Source of the DNA: Camelus ferus
Taxonomy: Eukaryota
DNA length: 64,000 nt
NCBI RefSeq assembly: GCF_009834535.1
Contig: NC_045697.1
Coordinates: 81,780,001 to 81,844,000, forward strand
Direction: 5' to 3'
This document shows, piece after piece, positions 40,590 to 52,760 of the stretch (within the stretch, counting starts at the first letter, position 1; the number at the start of each line of letters is the position of its first letter). The notes under the pieces are model-generated. The model did not search any database and was not told the origin of the DNA. It was given only the letters and a program-made list of their open reading frames with translations. The position numbers and the translations under genes are program-made.

Positions 40590-42780
40590 AAATTTTTGAG
40601 ACCTTCTTTTTAATACATGCACTTAAAACTATAAATTCTCTCTATGCACTGATTTAGTTACATCCCCCAAGTTTTGGTGTCTGTGGGTTTTTTTATCTCA
40701 AAGTATTTTCTAATTTTTTCTTGTGATTTCTTCATTGACCTATTTAGGAATGTGTTATGTAATTAACATATACTTCTGGGTTTTTTTGTAATTATTATAT
40801 CTTTTAGATAGATTGTCTCATATCATTTTAATGAACGTCGTTATCTATAATAATATTTGTCTTAAATTTACTTCAATAACAATGTAGCCATTCGAACATT
40901 CTGAAGGTTGCTATTTGCATGGTACATTTTTCCATTTTTTAAAAATTTTCCAGCTATTAGTATATTGAATCTAAACTATATCTCCTGTGGACAGCATATA
41001 AGATCTTGGTTTTTTATACAGGCAGACAATCTCTGCCTTTTAAATGGATACATTAATCAATTCACATTTAAGGATATTGTTTATATAGTTGAATTTACAT
41101 TTGTCATTTTACATTTTGTCTCTGTCTTATGTCTTTTTTCTTTTATTTTACCTTTACTGTTCTCTTTTGTTTTCAATGAGTATTTTTAATACACCATTTT
41201 AATTCCCTTAGAGATTTTTAAATTATATTCACCTTATATATTTTCCTACTGGTTGTTCTAGGGCTTACCACATACAGTTTAACTCATCAGAATCTACTTT
41301 AGATTTAAAAGAGCTTAATTCCAGTGAACATAAGAGCACTTCTCATACATAACTTTATTATCCCTGCCCAACTTCTAGGCTATTATTGTTATACATGGTG
41401 CACTTCTATGTTGTAAACCAGAAATACATTTTGAAAATATTACTTTATATAATTTTATGTCTTTTAAACATGGTCAAAGATCACACATATAGAGACAGAG
41501 TTTGTTGTATTAACCTTGTTATTTACCATTTTTTGTTCTCTTCATTTGTTCCTGTGAATTTGAGTTACTGCCTGGTGTCATTTGCTTTGCTTACTCCAGT
41601 GCAGCTTTGTTCCCAACCACTGCCTTTCTGCTATTATTGTTAAATATAATTCTCTTCTATGTGTAATAGGCCTTGCAATGATGTTATATACTTATTTTTC
41701 AAATTTAATTTCTTCATAAATCAATTAAGGGAAGAAAGGAGAAGAAATATCAAATCATACTGTCTTTTTTATTTACGTGATTACATTTAAGTGGCCCGTA
41801 TTTGTGAGCTGTGTGTGTGTGTGTGTATGTATTCAATATTACTGTCTGAGTCACCTGCTTTGAGCCTGAAGAGTGTCTTTTAGTGTTTCCTGTAAAGCTA
41901 TGCACAAGAAATGAATTCTTTCAGTATTAGTATGTTTGGAAATGTCTTTGCCTTCATTTTTGAATGATACTTTTTCTGGATATAGGACTTTGGCCTAATA
42001 GGTTTTCTTTTGAGCACTTTGGATATGTCATCTTTCAACCTTTTAACCTTCATTGTTTCTGATGATATATCAGCTGTTAATTTTATTGAGGTTCCTTTAT
42101 TTTTAGAGTATTTCTCTTACTGTCTTCAAGATTTTCTTTTGTCTTTGTTTTCCAACATTTAAAAAACTTAAACCCCAGAAGTGCTTTTCTTAGTTGTCTC
42201 TTTCCCTGGTTCTCTCTCAGTACAAGTAGAGAATTGTGCAAGGGTATTAGCCTCTGGTCTTCCTGGTCAGTCTTTCCCCGAGTGGAACCTCTACCTTACA
42301 GTCTGGGGCAGCGGTGATTCAGGATACAGTATTCTCTGTTGCCATGCCTGAGGCAGAGCTTCTGCCTTGTGATTGGATGCTTAGTGGAAGAGGCAATCTT
42401 TTGGCTATACTCCTTCCTGGAAGAGGGCTTTTGCAATGTGAAGCTGCTGGTAATGAGAAATGCTGGCAGCCTGCCCCTCTCAGAGAGACAGTATCCTTTG
42501 GCTGGAGGCTAGAAGGAAGAAAAAGCCCATCTTCTTGGACACCTCTGCCCAGAGTTGAGCTTCTGACACTAAAATGGGTGAGAAAGGCGTCATGGTTCAA
42601 ATGCCCAGACCTTCATTGTCCCCCAAGATTTAGTATTTTTTTCTGACTAAATGGTTTTTTATTTGCTATAATTCCTTAGGATAACCTCCAGACACTTTAA
42701 ATAACTGTTTTTAAATGCATTTCACTAATTATGGTTATGTTACTGGAGAGACATTCCACAGAGTTACTCGTGCTGCCAGA
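40590..42780 (-). mobile_element. Ancient L1 (L1M type): ORF2 start, ORF1 remnant and 5'-UTR-like block
   Basis: ttcttgtgatttcttcattgacc, gacaatctctgccttttaaatgg, cattgtttctgatgatatatcagctgttaat; more GC-rich 5' region at 42170-42780. Confidence 0.75.
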
Positions 42781-42960
42781 GAGGAACATGTCCTTCTATA
42801 ATTTCTTGTTATTTCACATGACTTCTGTTACTGGGAAAAACATGATGCCTGATCAAGAGTATATCCAAATGTGTTTAAGCCACTAGAGATTATTTAAAAT
42901 ATTTCTCTTAATAAAAGCAAGTTACAAAATTGAATAATGATAAAAGTCTTATTCAGCTAT

Positions 42961-43036
42961 TGTATCAGTTTTCTACTGCCACTGTAACAAATTATCAGAA
43001 GCTTAGTGGCTTGAAACAACACAAATATATTACTTA
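42961..43036 (-). mobile_element. MLT1D-like LTR, first piece
   Basis: tgtatcagttttctactgccactgtaacaaattatcagaagcttagtggcttgaaacaacacaaa. Confidence 0.8.
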
Positions 43037-44228
43037 GTATCAGGAGCTCAGATGAACTGGAAGAGAGAGCTCAGGTGTTGGAGTAGCTGATTAAAGCAAT
43101 GAGCCAAGAATGAAAGAGTTAAGCCTTTAATCTCATATTATGCTGCTATAACCAAGAAGCTAAAAGTGGAGAAAATACCAAATTTCCCATCTCATTTTCC
43201 CCGTGGAATTTTGCACCATTGGAGAGTGAAGAGCAACAGTGCAGATGCTTGGGGTCATCTCATTCTTATGAAGGAGCCCTGAAGAGTTCAGCAGTTTTAT
43301 GGACTCTGGCATTGAGGGTGCTGAGGAGGATGGCTTGGAATGGAAAAGTAGTGGGTACTGAGTTTGAGTGGGAAAAAACATCTTCAACAGGGCTCCCTCT
43401 TCCCCCACTTTATTTTTTTTAAAGAGTTCAGCATTTTATCAAACATATTACGAAAGAGGTTTAGTAAAAAAGACCAAAGCAATGTCATCATCAGACTCCT
43501 TAAATTCTTATTCCTTTGCTTCCGCTTTCTTATCATCAGCTGAGGCAGTTGTGGAGGGGGCAGGACCTCCTGCTGGGGCAGGTCCACCAGCCCCTACATT
43601 GCCGATGAGGCTCCTGTTGTTGACATTGATCAGAGCCTTTGCAAACAAGCCTGATGAGAAAGGTTCATCATTTACACTGGCTGCTTTAAGGAGAGCATTG
43701 ATCTTCTCCTCTCTAACCATCACTTCATCATTATGAAGGATGTGGGCTGAGTCGATGCAGATGAGCCCAGACTGAGAACATGGTGCAAGGGAGTGCTAGG
43801 CAGGGGCTGCTGGGTGCAGTGCTAGTTGCCCAATGAAGTGAGGGTCTTAACCCAACAGAGCCTTAGCTTCCTCGGAATGATTGAGCACCTTAACTACATC
43901 TGAGTTTCGAAAGCCCTCCTCCCCTACTTTAGAAGACCTTGGTAGAGGTGCCTGAAGAGGACCTTTGCTCAAGGTCTCAAATAATGAGACCTTAAAATGA
44001 AGGCATTTGGACTGGGAATGCAAATATATGAGAGTGTAACCAGCCAAGAAGGCTTGAGTCCTTAACTGCAGCTCTCTTCAGAGACTGCGAAGCACTGGCT
44101 GTGCACGAAGTCAGCCGTGGGGAGGGCAGCTTTCCCTGTAAAGCCTGCGGACTAAAACCTGTGTGATTACCTATGGTCAGTCTGGAAAAAAATCACACAT
44201 AGGTTTTTAACCATTGCTGGACTTCTCA
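43037..44228 (-). mobile_element. Unclassified LTR-like insertion (~670 bp without the retrocopy) hosting the RPLP1 pseudogene
   Basis: Interrupts the MLT1D; on - it starts TGAGAAGTCC and has ATTAAA near its far end; flanked by ctta (43033-43036) and gtta (44229-44232), a possible 4-bp TSD with one mismatch. Confidence 0.45.
43412..43913 (-). pseudogene. RPLP1: Processed pseudogene of 60S acidic ribosomal protein P1
   Basis: Translation EEKINALLKAASVNDEPFSSGLFAKALINVN...GNVGAGGPAPAGGPAPSTTASADDKKAEAKE*EFKESDDD; RPLP1-type 5' UTR (aaggtgctc...ttccgaggaagctaaggct); intronless; ATG at 43781-43779; early 2-nt frameshift; premature stop at 43510-43508; A-tail 43413-43420; 17-bp TSDs at 43395-43411 and 43914-43930 (15/17 identical). 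Confidence 0.96.
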
Positions 44229-44665
44229 GTTATGGTTCTATAGATCTGAAGTCCAAAATTGGTTTCACTGGTGTAAGATCAAGGAGCCAGCTGAGTTGTA
44301 TTCCTTTTAGAAGACTAGTAAACAATCCATTTCCTTTTCTACCTGCTAGAGACTACGCACATTCTTAAACTCATGGCTCTTCCCTCCACCCTCAAAGCCA
44401 GCAACGTGGATGATATCTTTCTTACATTGCATAACTCTAACCTTGCTTCCATCATCACTTCTCCTCTGATTCTGACTCTCCTGCTTCTCTCTTCTATGCT
44501 GATACTTATAATTACAGTCAGCCCACCTCAATCATCCTAACCTCTCTAAAGTCTGCTGATTAGCAACCTTGCTTACAACCTTAATCTGCAATCTCAGTTC
44601 CCCTTTACCATATACCTTTACATATTCTGAGGCTCCTGTGATTGGGGCCATTATTCTGCACACTG
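44229..44665 (-). mobile_element. MLT1D-like LTR, second piece
   Basis: ggttctatagatctgaagtccaaaatt...ccctccaccctcaaagccagcaac...ggggccattattctgc continues the element begun at 42961. Confidence 0.8.
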
Positions 44666-45199
44666 TATTTGCATCTCAAAAGCCATTTAACTGTCCCTCA
44701 TAATCCTTCAAAATTTCAAATATAGCCAAACCACTTACTTAAATTACTTAGATCATCACCTACATGAAGTTTCTGTTCTTTATTCATGTCTCACATAAAT
44801 ATTCAAGTCAAACAAATGTCTGTTTTATAAGTAATTATAAGATATTGTCTCATGTGGCCTTTCCCAGTTTTTCTCACCTCCTACTTCTAAATTGCACCCC
44901 TGTGAAAGGTCTTTAGACTCTTCTTGGTGGTCACTCATATTCTCAAAGCTCCATCTTTAATTCCATCCTAACACGGTTGCTTTTTACTGTATCCTAAGAA
45001 ATTATATCAAGACTTACTCCACTTTAGTATCAGATTATATGTAGCACTGCTCATTTAGCAGAATTATGAAAAGAGACCCCTCAAAAAAGGAACATACAAA
45101 AAACCACTGTATGTGGAAAGAGGGAGGGTAACTGTATAAAATAAATATGAGCATTCTGACTAAAGGGCATTGAATAAAGAAAAATTATGTGTATGTAAT

Positions 45200-46870
45200 A
45201 TTGTTTGAGGTATTATTTTTTTCTTTCTGATGTCAACAGGGTCTATAGTGATATTTCCTCTTTCATTATTAATACTAGTAAGTTGGGTTCTCTCTATCTC
45301 ACACACACACACACACATGCACTAACACTCTCCCCACCCCCTTTTCCCCCTCCCCCCACCAGGACCCTCTCTCTTCTTTTTGTCTCTCAGGTTAATCTTG
45401 CTAGAATTTTATCAATTTTATTGATCTTTTCAACTAAATATAAATTTGATTCTTTGTTTTTCTCTATTTTGCTGTTTTCAATTTTATTCATTCTTTTTTA
45501 CTCTCATCTGTATTATTTTCTTTGTTCTTGTTTTACAGTTAAATTTTATGGTTTTATTTTTCTAGTTTCTTAAATTTAAAGCTTAAATCATTAATTTTAT
45601 AGTTTTTTGTTTTTCTCTTATATATATGTATATATATGCTTTTTTCTCTAAAAACTCGTTTAGTGGCATCTACAACTTTTGGACTTTTTTCATCCATACA
45701 AGTGTTTTATTGTTTATAAACTATTTTGTTTTGTTAAAAATATTTTCTTATTGGTTTTCAGTTTCATTTTATTATGGTCAAAAAATTTGGTCTATATATT
45801 ATCAATTATTTCGTTTTTTAATTTTTTCAGTGGTCCAGTATATGGTCTGTGTTTGTGAATGTTTCTTGTACATTTAAAACATATTTGTCTTCTGCTGTGA
45901 TTGGTTGTAGCATTCTGTAAATGTCATTAAGTGAATTTACTTGATAGTGTTTTTCAGATTTTCCTTATAATTATTGTCTGCCTACTCATTCCATCATTTG
46001 CAGTGATACAAGTGTTGAAATATCCAGCTATAGTTTTGGATTTATCTATATCATGCCTTAATCATTTGCATTTTTGCTTCATTTACTTTGAAGCTTTTTA
46101 GCTAAATCCATAAATATTTAGCTTTATTATATGTGTTTGGTGAAATGATTACTTTGTCATTCTGTAATGTTTCTTTGATTCCTGATAATAGTTTCTTGTG
46201 TTTTTTTCCCTATGTAAGAATCTGATTCATAATAAGTATTTTCTGTTAGTTACTGCCATTATGATTTTTTAAAGGTCTATAGGCTGTTTTTAAAAATATA
46301 TATATTTTTATTTTTTGGGGGGGAGGGAATTAAGTTTATTTAGTTAGTTATTTTAATGGAGGTACTGTGGATTGTATCCAGGACCTCCTGCATACTAAGC
46401 ATGCTCCCTAACCACTGAGCTGTACCCTCCCCTCAATAGTTCCTTGTTTTTAATTCTGTTATTACTTGTACTAATATATCTACTCCAGTTTTTTTTTTTT
46501 TTTTGGAACAGTTTTTATGTGCTTTACCTTTTTCATCTTAAATTTTATGTATTGATGTGTTCCTATTTAAGCTGTGTTTCTACTAGATAGCATGTAATTT
46601 AGTCTTCAGTCTCTGCAATCATTTAATTGGTATGCTTAGATTGTTTATATTAAATGTAATTATTCATATGACCAAATTAAAATGTAACCTTTTGCATTTA
46701 ATTCAATATGCTTTTGCTGCTTTCTTTTCCCCAGTTTTCTAACTATGTTTGGATTCCTTGAGAATTTTTATTCAATATCTAATGTTGATTTATTTTCCAA
46801 TTATATTTTCAGTACATCTTAGTCTGCCTTTAAATAATACTATACCATGCAAGTAAGAAACTTACAATGC
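45200..46870 (-). mobile_element. Ancient L1 ORF2 5' region
   Basis: ttgctagaattttatcaattttattgatcttttc, gtgttgaaatatccagctatagttttggattt; interrupted by a SINE insertion. Confidence 0.8.
46305..46432 (-). mobile_element. tRNA-derived SINE (camelid type), full head
   Basis: Reverse strand GGGGAGGGTACAGCTCAGTGGTTAGGGAGCATGCTTAGTATGCAGGAGGTCCTGGATACAATCCACAGTACCTCC followed by an A-rich tail. Confidence 0.9.
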
Positions 46871-49519
46871 TATAATTGTCATCCCATACATCTGACAAAT
46901 ACCCAAATAACTGTCTAAATAACAAACTAAATGATAAAATATATAATAATAAATAAATAATTTAAAAATACAATAAATAAGCAAAATAAAAATAACAAAA
47001 CCTGTCTAAGAAACTTAAGATTTCTTTATGAACTACTGACTTAAATATATAAATATAATTGGTTAAACCTTTATTAGTATTCTATTATATAAATGTATTC
47101 AATTCTGTTGTAATTTTTGCCTGTTGGGATTAGTATGTCATATTTTATTAAACATTACAAGTAATTAATATAAGAAATACACCTTCTCATTTGAAACATT
47201 ACAATTAAGAATATTGTTAATATAGGTTTGATTTTTTTCCATTAGCATACATAATTTTGAAAATATGGGGAAGAATAAGCCTGTTTCTATAAAGGAGTTG
47301 TGTGTCCCTAAATGCTTTAAATATACTGAGGATGAAAATTTGATATAGTAGTATGACTACATGTTGTTAGAAATTTGGGACTAGAGCAAGAGACTGGAGA
47401 AGCCCATGCTTCCAGGAATTATTATACATGCGGGCCTGATGGACTTCCTTGATGCTTTCTATAATTGTAAAATTAGATTCAAAACTCCAAAGATGTTTTT
47501 TCTTTAAATTACTTTACTTGATGTTGTTGAAGTATTTTCTCAAGCTTGAAATTTTATTTATTTTCCTTTTATCAATTTTGTATCTATAGATATAGTAATA
47601 CCATCCCTATAGAGTCTTTTGCACATTTTTCTGATTTTTTTCCTTGAGAGTAACATTCTAGTCACTCTACATGTATCCATTAATTAGTTTTCATTGCAAA
47701 AAGAATACTGTAGTTTAAATATAATAAGATAAAATATTGAAAATAAAATTAATATAGAAATAACATATCAAGAATATTTGCACTCTATTTGCAATCATGA
47801 CTACTTATTATTTACACAAGTTGACTCTAGAGATATTGTGCTTATTTGGATACCTATTACAGTTGGGTACCTTGGGGTTTTAACATTGCTATTAATGCTC
47901 AGTTTATTAATGTGGCTTATATTTTAATCAGTGTTTTCATTTATACTAGTTCAAAAGATTCTCAATTTATTATTTTATGCATTTAACATAAATGTTAAAT
48001 ATTTAATAAGATTTTATTTTAACATTATGGATTATAATTTCTTTTTCTAAAAATCCTGTCAAGATATTTTATGTATGAACATGTAATTACAAAACGTAAG
48101 CTTTAAAATGCAGAAGAGGACTAAATTTTTTTTAATCTCTTCAAGTTATTATAATCAACTTATAGTATACATTTGCCAGTGGTTGTAATTAGGAGTGGAG
48201 ATTTTATGAAATCATGTAGCTCAACTGACCAGAAAGTAAAAGTTGACACTGTGGTAAGGTATTCTTGAAGCATTTGCAAAATAAAAAGAAGGAAAAATCT
48301 TCCATGAAGACAATAGGCAGGGTTGTATTAAAATGAATACTTAACCATTTGCAAATGCACAGGCTAATGAATTTATAGGGAATGGTCTCTAACAAAGAAA
48401 GGCAATCTTAGTCAAACAGTGTGAGGCAGGAGAATGAGAGACACATTTTACTGCTATGAACGTATGCTGTTATGCAAGGAAAATTAAGAGTTCATGTCAG
48501 TCAAAGCTGTGACATAACTCTTGGCCCTCAGAAATTGCTAAATATTCTCAGCAGGAAGAAAGTAGAGATAGGGGAGTTGATAGCAGAATTCCAATTATAG
48601 TATTTTCAATTCAGTGTGTAAATCTGTTTATATTTTCACTCCAGTATGTGAATGTGTGTGTGTATGTTTCCATGATCCTTGATGTAAATCTGCTATCAAT
48701 ATGTTAGTTGACTGTCTAGTTTTGCTAAATACTATACACACCTATAAATCCCTGTTAAGTTAAATATTTGAAACAGTTCCTGTTTCAAATTATTTGTATG
48801 AACCTATATATCTTAATATGATTGCATAGTATTTTATAAAAAGTATACTAGCATAAATTTACCAATTTGAGTTCTTGGGTCATGCATATATTTTAACAGC
48901 ATAGCAAGGTAAGATGAAGTAATCTAACTAAGCTTTAAGTCTGTCTGAGAAATAAGACCAATTGCTTGCATAAGATATCCTCCAGTTGGGAGCAATTTTG
49001 CACAATAGACATAACTGTAGCTAAGTAGTGTGCTTCTGAATGTAAAATCAGATTGAGGGAAAAGTGATTTTAATGATTATTTCTCTATCCTGATGAATTA
49101 CTCTTCTTTAACTTAGAAGTTTATTTTGGTCTAAGTAACTAAGATTGATGATGATCCACCATCAGCCATCTGTTTTCACTTGCCTTTACCACAGCATCCT
49201 AACTTTGAACATTTTTCAAAACATTTTATATTTCTCATGTTTTAGCTTTTATTTCAGGTTGCATGCTATCTAAAATCATGTCAAGTCCCTGTGTTCTATC
49301 AATAAAACATCAGCAAAATATTAAGAATCATCACATATATTCTGCAAATATCACCCATCAAATATTTGGAAAATAGTAAAATTGATTCTGTGATAAATCA
49401 ATCATGAATTCATTACTCAAAAGGTTTAGAGAAATAAGGGGTGCTATGACGTGATCTTTAAGTATAACACATAATATATGTAAAATATATATAATTATAT
49501 GTATATGTATATTTACACA

Positions 49520-50010
49520 TGGAGATATATATTTCGGATTGCTGTAACAAATTACCAAAACTTAGTAGTTTAAAACAGTGCAAATTTATTATCTTACAGT
49601 CCTGGGGTCAGAATTCCAGCATAGATATCACTTAGCTAAAACCCATGCATAAGTAGGGTTGTATTTCTTTCTGGAGGCTGTAGGTGAGAATCTACTCCCT
49701 TACCTTTTCCAGTTGTGGAGACCACCTGCATCCCTTGGCTTGTGGCCCTTTCCTCCATCTTCAAAGTCAGCAATGTCGGGCAGAGTTCTACTCACGCTGT
49801 GATCTCTCTGGTTCTCTGTAAGTAGGAAAGATCCTTTTCTTTTTAAGAACTCATAATAGATTGTGCTCACCTGGGGTATCCATGAAAATCTTCTATCTCT
49901 AGATCGTTAAGCTTAATTATAGCTGCAAAATCCCTTTTTCCATGAAGTTAACATGTGCAACAATTCTGAGTATTATAAAGTGGATATATTTTGGGGCCAT
50001 TATTCTGTAT
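49520..50010 (-). mobile_element. MLT1C/D-type MaLR solo LTR
   Basis: ttgctgtaacaaattaccaaaacttagtagtttaaaacag...tttattatcttacagt...ctccatcttcaaagtcagcaa...ggggccattattctg. Confidence 0.88.
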
Positions 50011-51339
50011 AAATTGCTAATGCAATATGAGACCTATTTAACAGTATCAAAAGTCATTTGATACAAAATGTGAAAAATCATAATTACTTTCTTTAGGCTT
50101 CAGATAATGCATTCAGTTAATATTTTAGTGTAATATTGAATAAGCATATATTCATTGGCAAAATGTAAAAAAGATTAACTGTAAAAGAAAACATTTACAA
50201 TATTGTCTTTATTAAAATTGAGAATTTTGGTCACCAGAAAGCAGTGTTATGTGACTGAAAAGACAAGCTAGAGTTCATATACAGATTATAGAAGGTGCAC
50301 CCACAAATCAATAATAAATGGGCAGAAGATGTATTAGAGAAAAGAAAAAACAAAACACTTGAATGCTCACTTCACCAAGAATAAATTTAAAAATATCTGT
50401 TAGCATCTGTAATGAATTTCAATGTTATTAGTCACAAGGAAAATGCAAATTAAAACAATAATGCTAAAAGTGTCCTCTTAATAGTGTCAGCTGCTCAACT
50501 CCTTGACTCTTTAAAAAATTTGTCATCAACCAGTCACTTTATATATTGTTTCCAGCTATTATAGTAGTGGAAGAGGAGCAAAAGTGTGCAAACTTATATT
50601 CTTGACATACCAGAAAATTGCTGATATTTTTACTCATATTTAACTGATATTTTTACACTCTTCCCAGACAATGGAAAGATACTGGAATAATACACATTTT
50701 TCTTCCTACTCATATGTTATATGATCAGTTTTATTAGATAGATATAGAACATTACATAAGATATTATTGCAATTTTATACTGTCAATGGTAGGTATATTT
50801 ACTGACACATTTTCTGTTTTAAATGATTCCTGTTTAATTTCAAATCTCTCTTAACCATCTGGGATAATTTTCTCTATGCCTTTTGTATTTCTGTAAGTAC
50901 AGATGTGCTATTGATGAATATTTCACTTTATCTTTGTCTGAAAAGCCTTTTACTTTTTATTCTGTTTGAATAACATGTTCCTTGGTAGAGAATCTGGACT
51001 AGTAAGTATTTTCTTTACTACAAAAAATTTGATTATATTGATTCTGGCTTCCATTGTTTCTCATAAGATATCAGTTTTCAAAGCAATTGTTATTTGTTTG
51101 AGGCACTCCAACTACATTGCACTAATTTTTAAATTTCCAACTTGTCTTTGATTTTTAGCAGTTTTCCCTAATGTATGTATATTTGCTGCTTAGTGTTTTA
51201 GGGCTTCTTGAATTTGTAACTGTGTGTTTTATACTTTTCTATATTTCCATAATTTAGGCTATGTTTTACTTATCTTACAATTAGCCAGTTATTTCCTCAA
51301 ATATATCTTTTAGGCCCTCCACTGTTTTTGTTAGTTTTT

Positions 51340-52760
51340 TTGCATATTTTTTTGATTAAAGCATAGTAGCAAAATCAATGTATGTATATAGAACATGATG
51401 AATTTTTACAAATGTATAAATCTGTGTCACCACCACCTAACATAAAGTAGTCTTGCCCTTTCTTGAACCCATATGAACTCCCACTCCAAAAGTGAAAAAC
51501 CTAGCTCTCACCATTTTCCATCCATTCACTTAATTGTTCAATTCCAGTACACATGTATACATGCATTGCTCATGTACTATAAATGTAACAATTCTCCTTT
51601 GTCAGAAATGTTAGCCAGTACCTCTGCCTGCACTGTACACAAGTATATCAACTAAACTGCAGTGTTTATATACAGTTTAATTTGCCTTTACTTTTACAGA
51701 TTCTATTCATTTCCAAAGTTACTTGGATCAGCATTTTTCTCCTCCCTTCCTCTTCAAGTTTTCACACATGCATAATTCAGTTAAATTGTTTTTTTCTCAT
51801 TGTGCATCCCATCCTGTAATTCCCTGACCTACAAAATGATTTCTTTTAATTTACATACATTAAGGTTCACTCTGTGTGCTATAAAGTTTTATAGGTATTG
51901 ACATAAGCTACAATTGTAGTATCATACAGAATAATTTCTGCTGCTCTGAAAATCCCCTGAACTTTATCTTTTCAATTCTCACTCTCTGTCCCTAGAACCC
52001 ATGGCAACCACTCATCTTTTTTTTTTTTTTTACTGTTTCTATAGCTTTGCTTTTTCTAGACTGTCATATAAATTAGGAATCATACAGTAGTCTTTTAGGA
52101 TTGGCTTGTTTCACTTAGCAATATGTATCTAAGATGTATCTATGTTTTTGCATGACTCGATAGCTCTTTCTTTTTATCTCTGAATAATTTCCCACTGTAT
52201 GACTGTACCAGTTTTCCAGTTGTGGAAATAACTAGTCATACAATTAATGGATTATATGGTGAAATTATGTCTAGTTTTGTAAGAAACTACCAAATTGTCT
52301 TACAAAGTGACTGTATCATTTTGCATCCCTACTGGCAATGAATGAGAGATCCTTTTACTCCACATTCCTGCCAGCAATTAGTACTATGGTTTTCTCTTTT
52401 GTAAAACCATTTTAGTAGGTGTGTAGGGGTATCTCGTTGTTTTAGTTTCAATCCCCTAATGACTAATTATGTTTAATATCTTTTCATACCCTCATTTACC
52501 ATCTGTGTATCTTCTTTTTGAAGATTCTGTTCAGATTTTTTGCCCATTTTTAAGTGAGTTGTTTCTTATTGTGGAGTTTTAAGTGTTCTTTACATATTTC
52601 AGATACAAGTCCTTTAAAATATATGTTTTTGCAAGCATTATCTCCAATATTTCAGATACAAGTCCTTTGAAATATACATATTTTGCAAACATTTTTTTTC
52701 CCAGTCTGTGGTTGTCTTTGTGTTTTTCTATGAATATAATTTTAATGTCTATAATTCTGT
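51340..52760 (-). mobile_element. Ancient L1 (L1MC/MD-like) 3' UTR and ORF2 end
   Basis: cccatggcaaccactcatctttt, tttcacttagcaatatg, ttttgtaagaaactaccaaattgtc, ttttgcatccctactggcaatgaatgagag. Confidence 0.85.

Noticed and set aside
42314..42646. 110-aa and 93-aa ORFs in a moderately GC-rich block
   Set aside because: They fall within the 5'-UTR-like part of an old L1, are CpG-poor and resemble no protein I recognise.
43508..43723. 71-aa ORF resembling RPLP1 as a functional gene
   Set aside because: It is the residual frame of a retrocopy: frameshift after the true ATG, premature stop before the conserved acidic C-terminus, TSDs and A-tail.
43368..43736. 122-aa + strand ORF
   Set aside because: Antisense shadow of the RPLP1 pseudogene.
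48890..48914. Possible 9-nt microexon ttttaacag|catagcaag|gtaaga
   Set aside because: Weak pyrimidine tract and no host gene evidence; expected by chance in AT-rich DNA.
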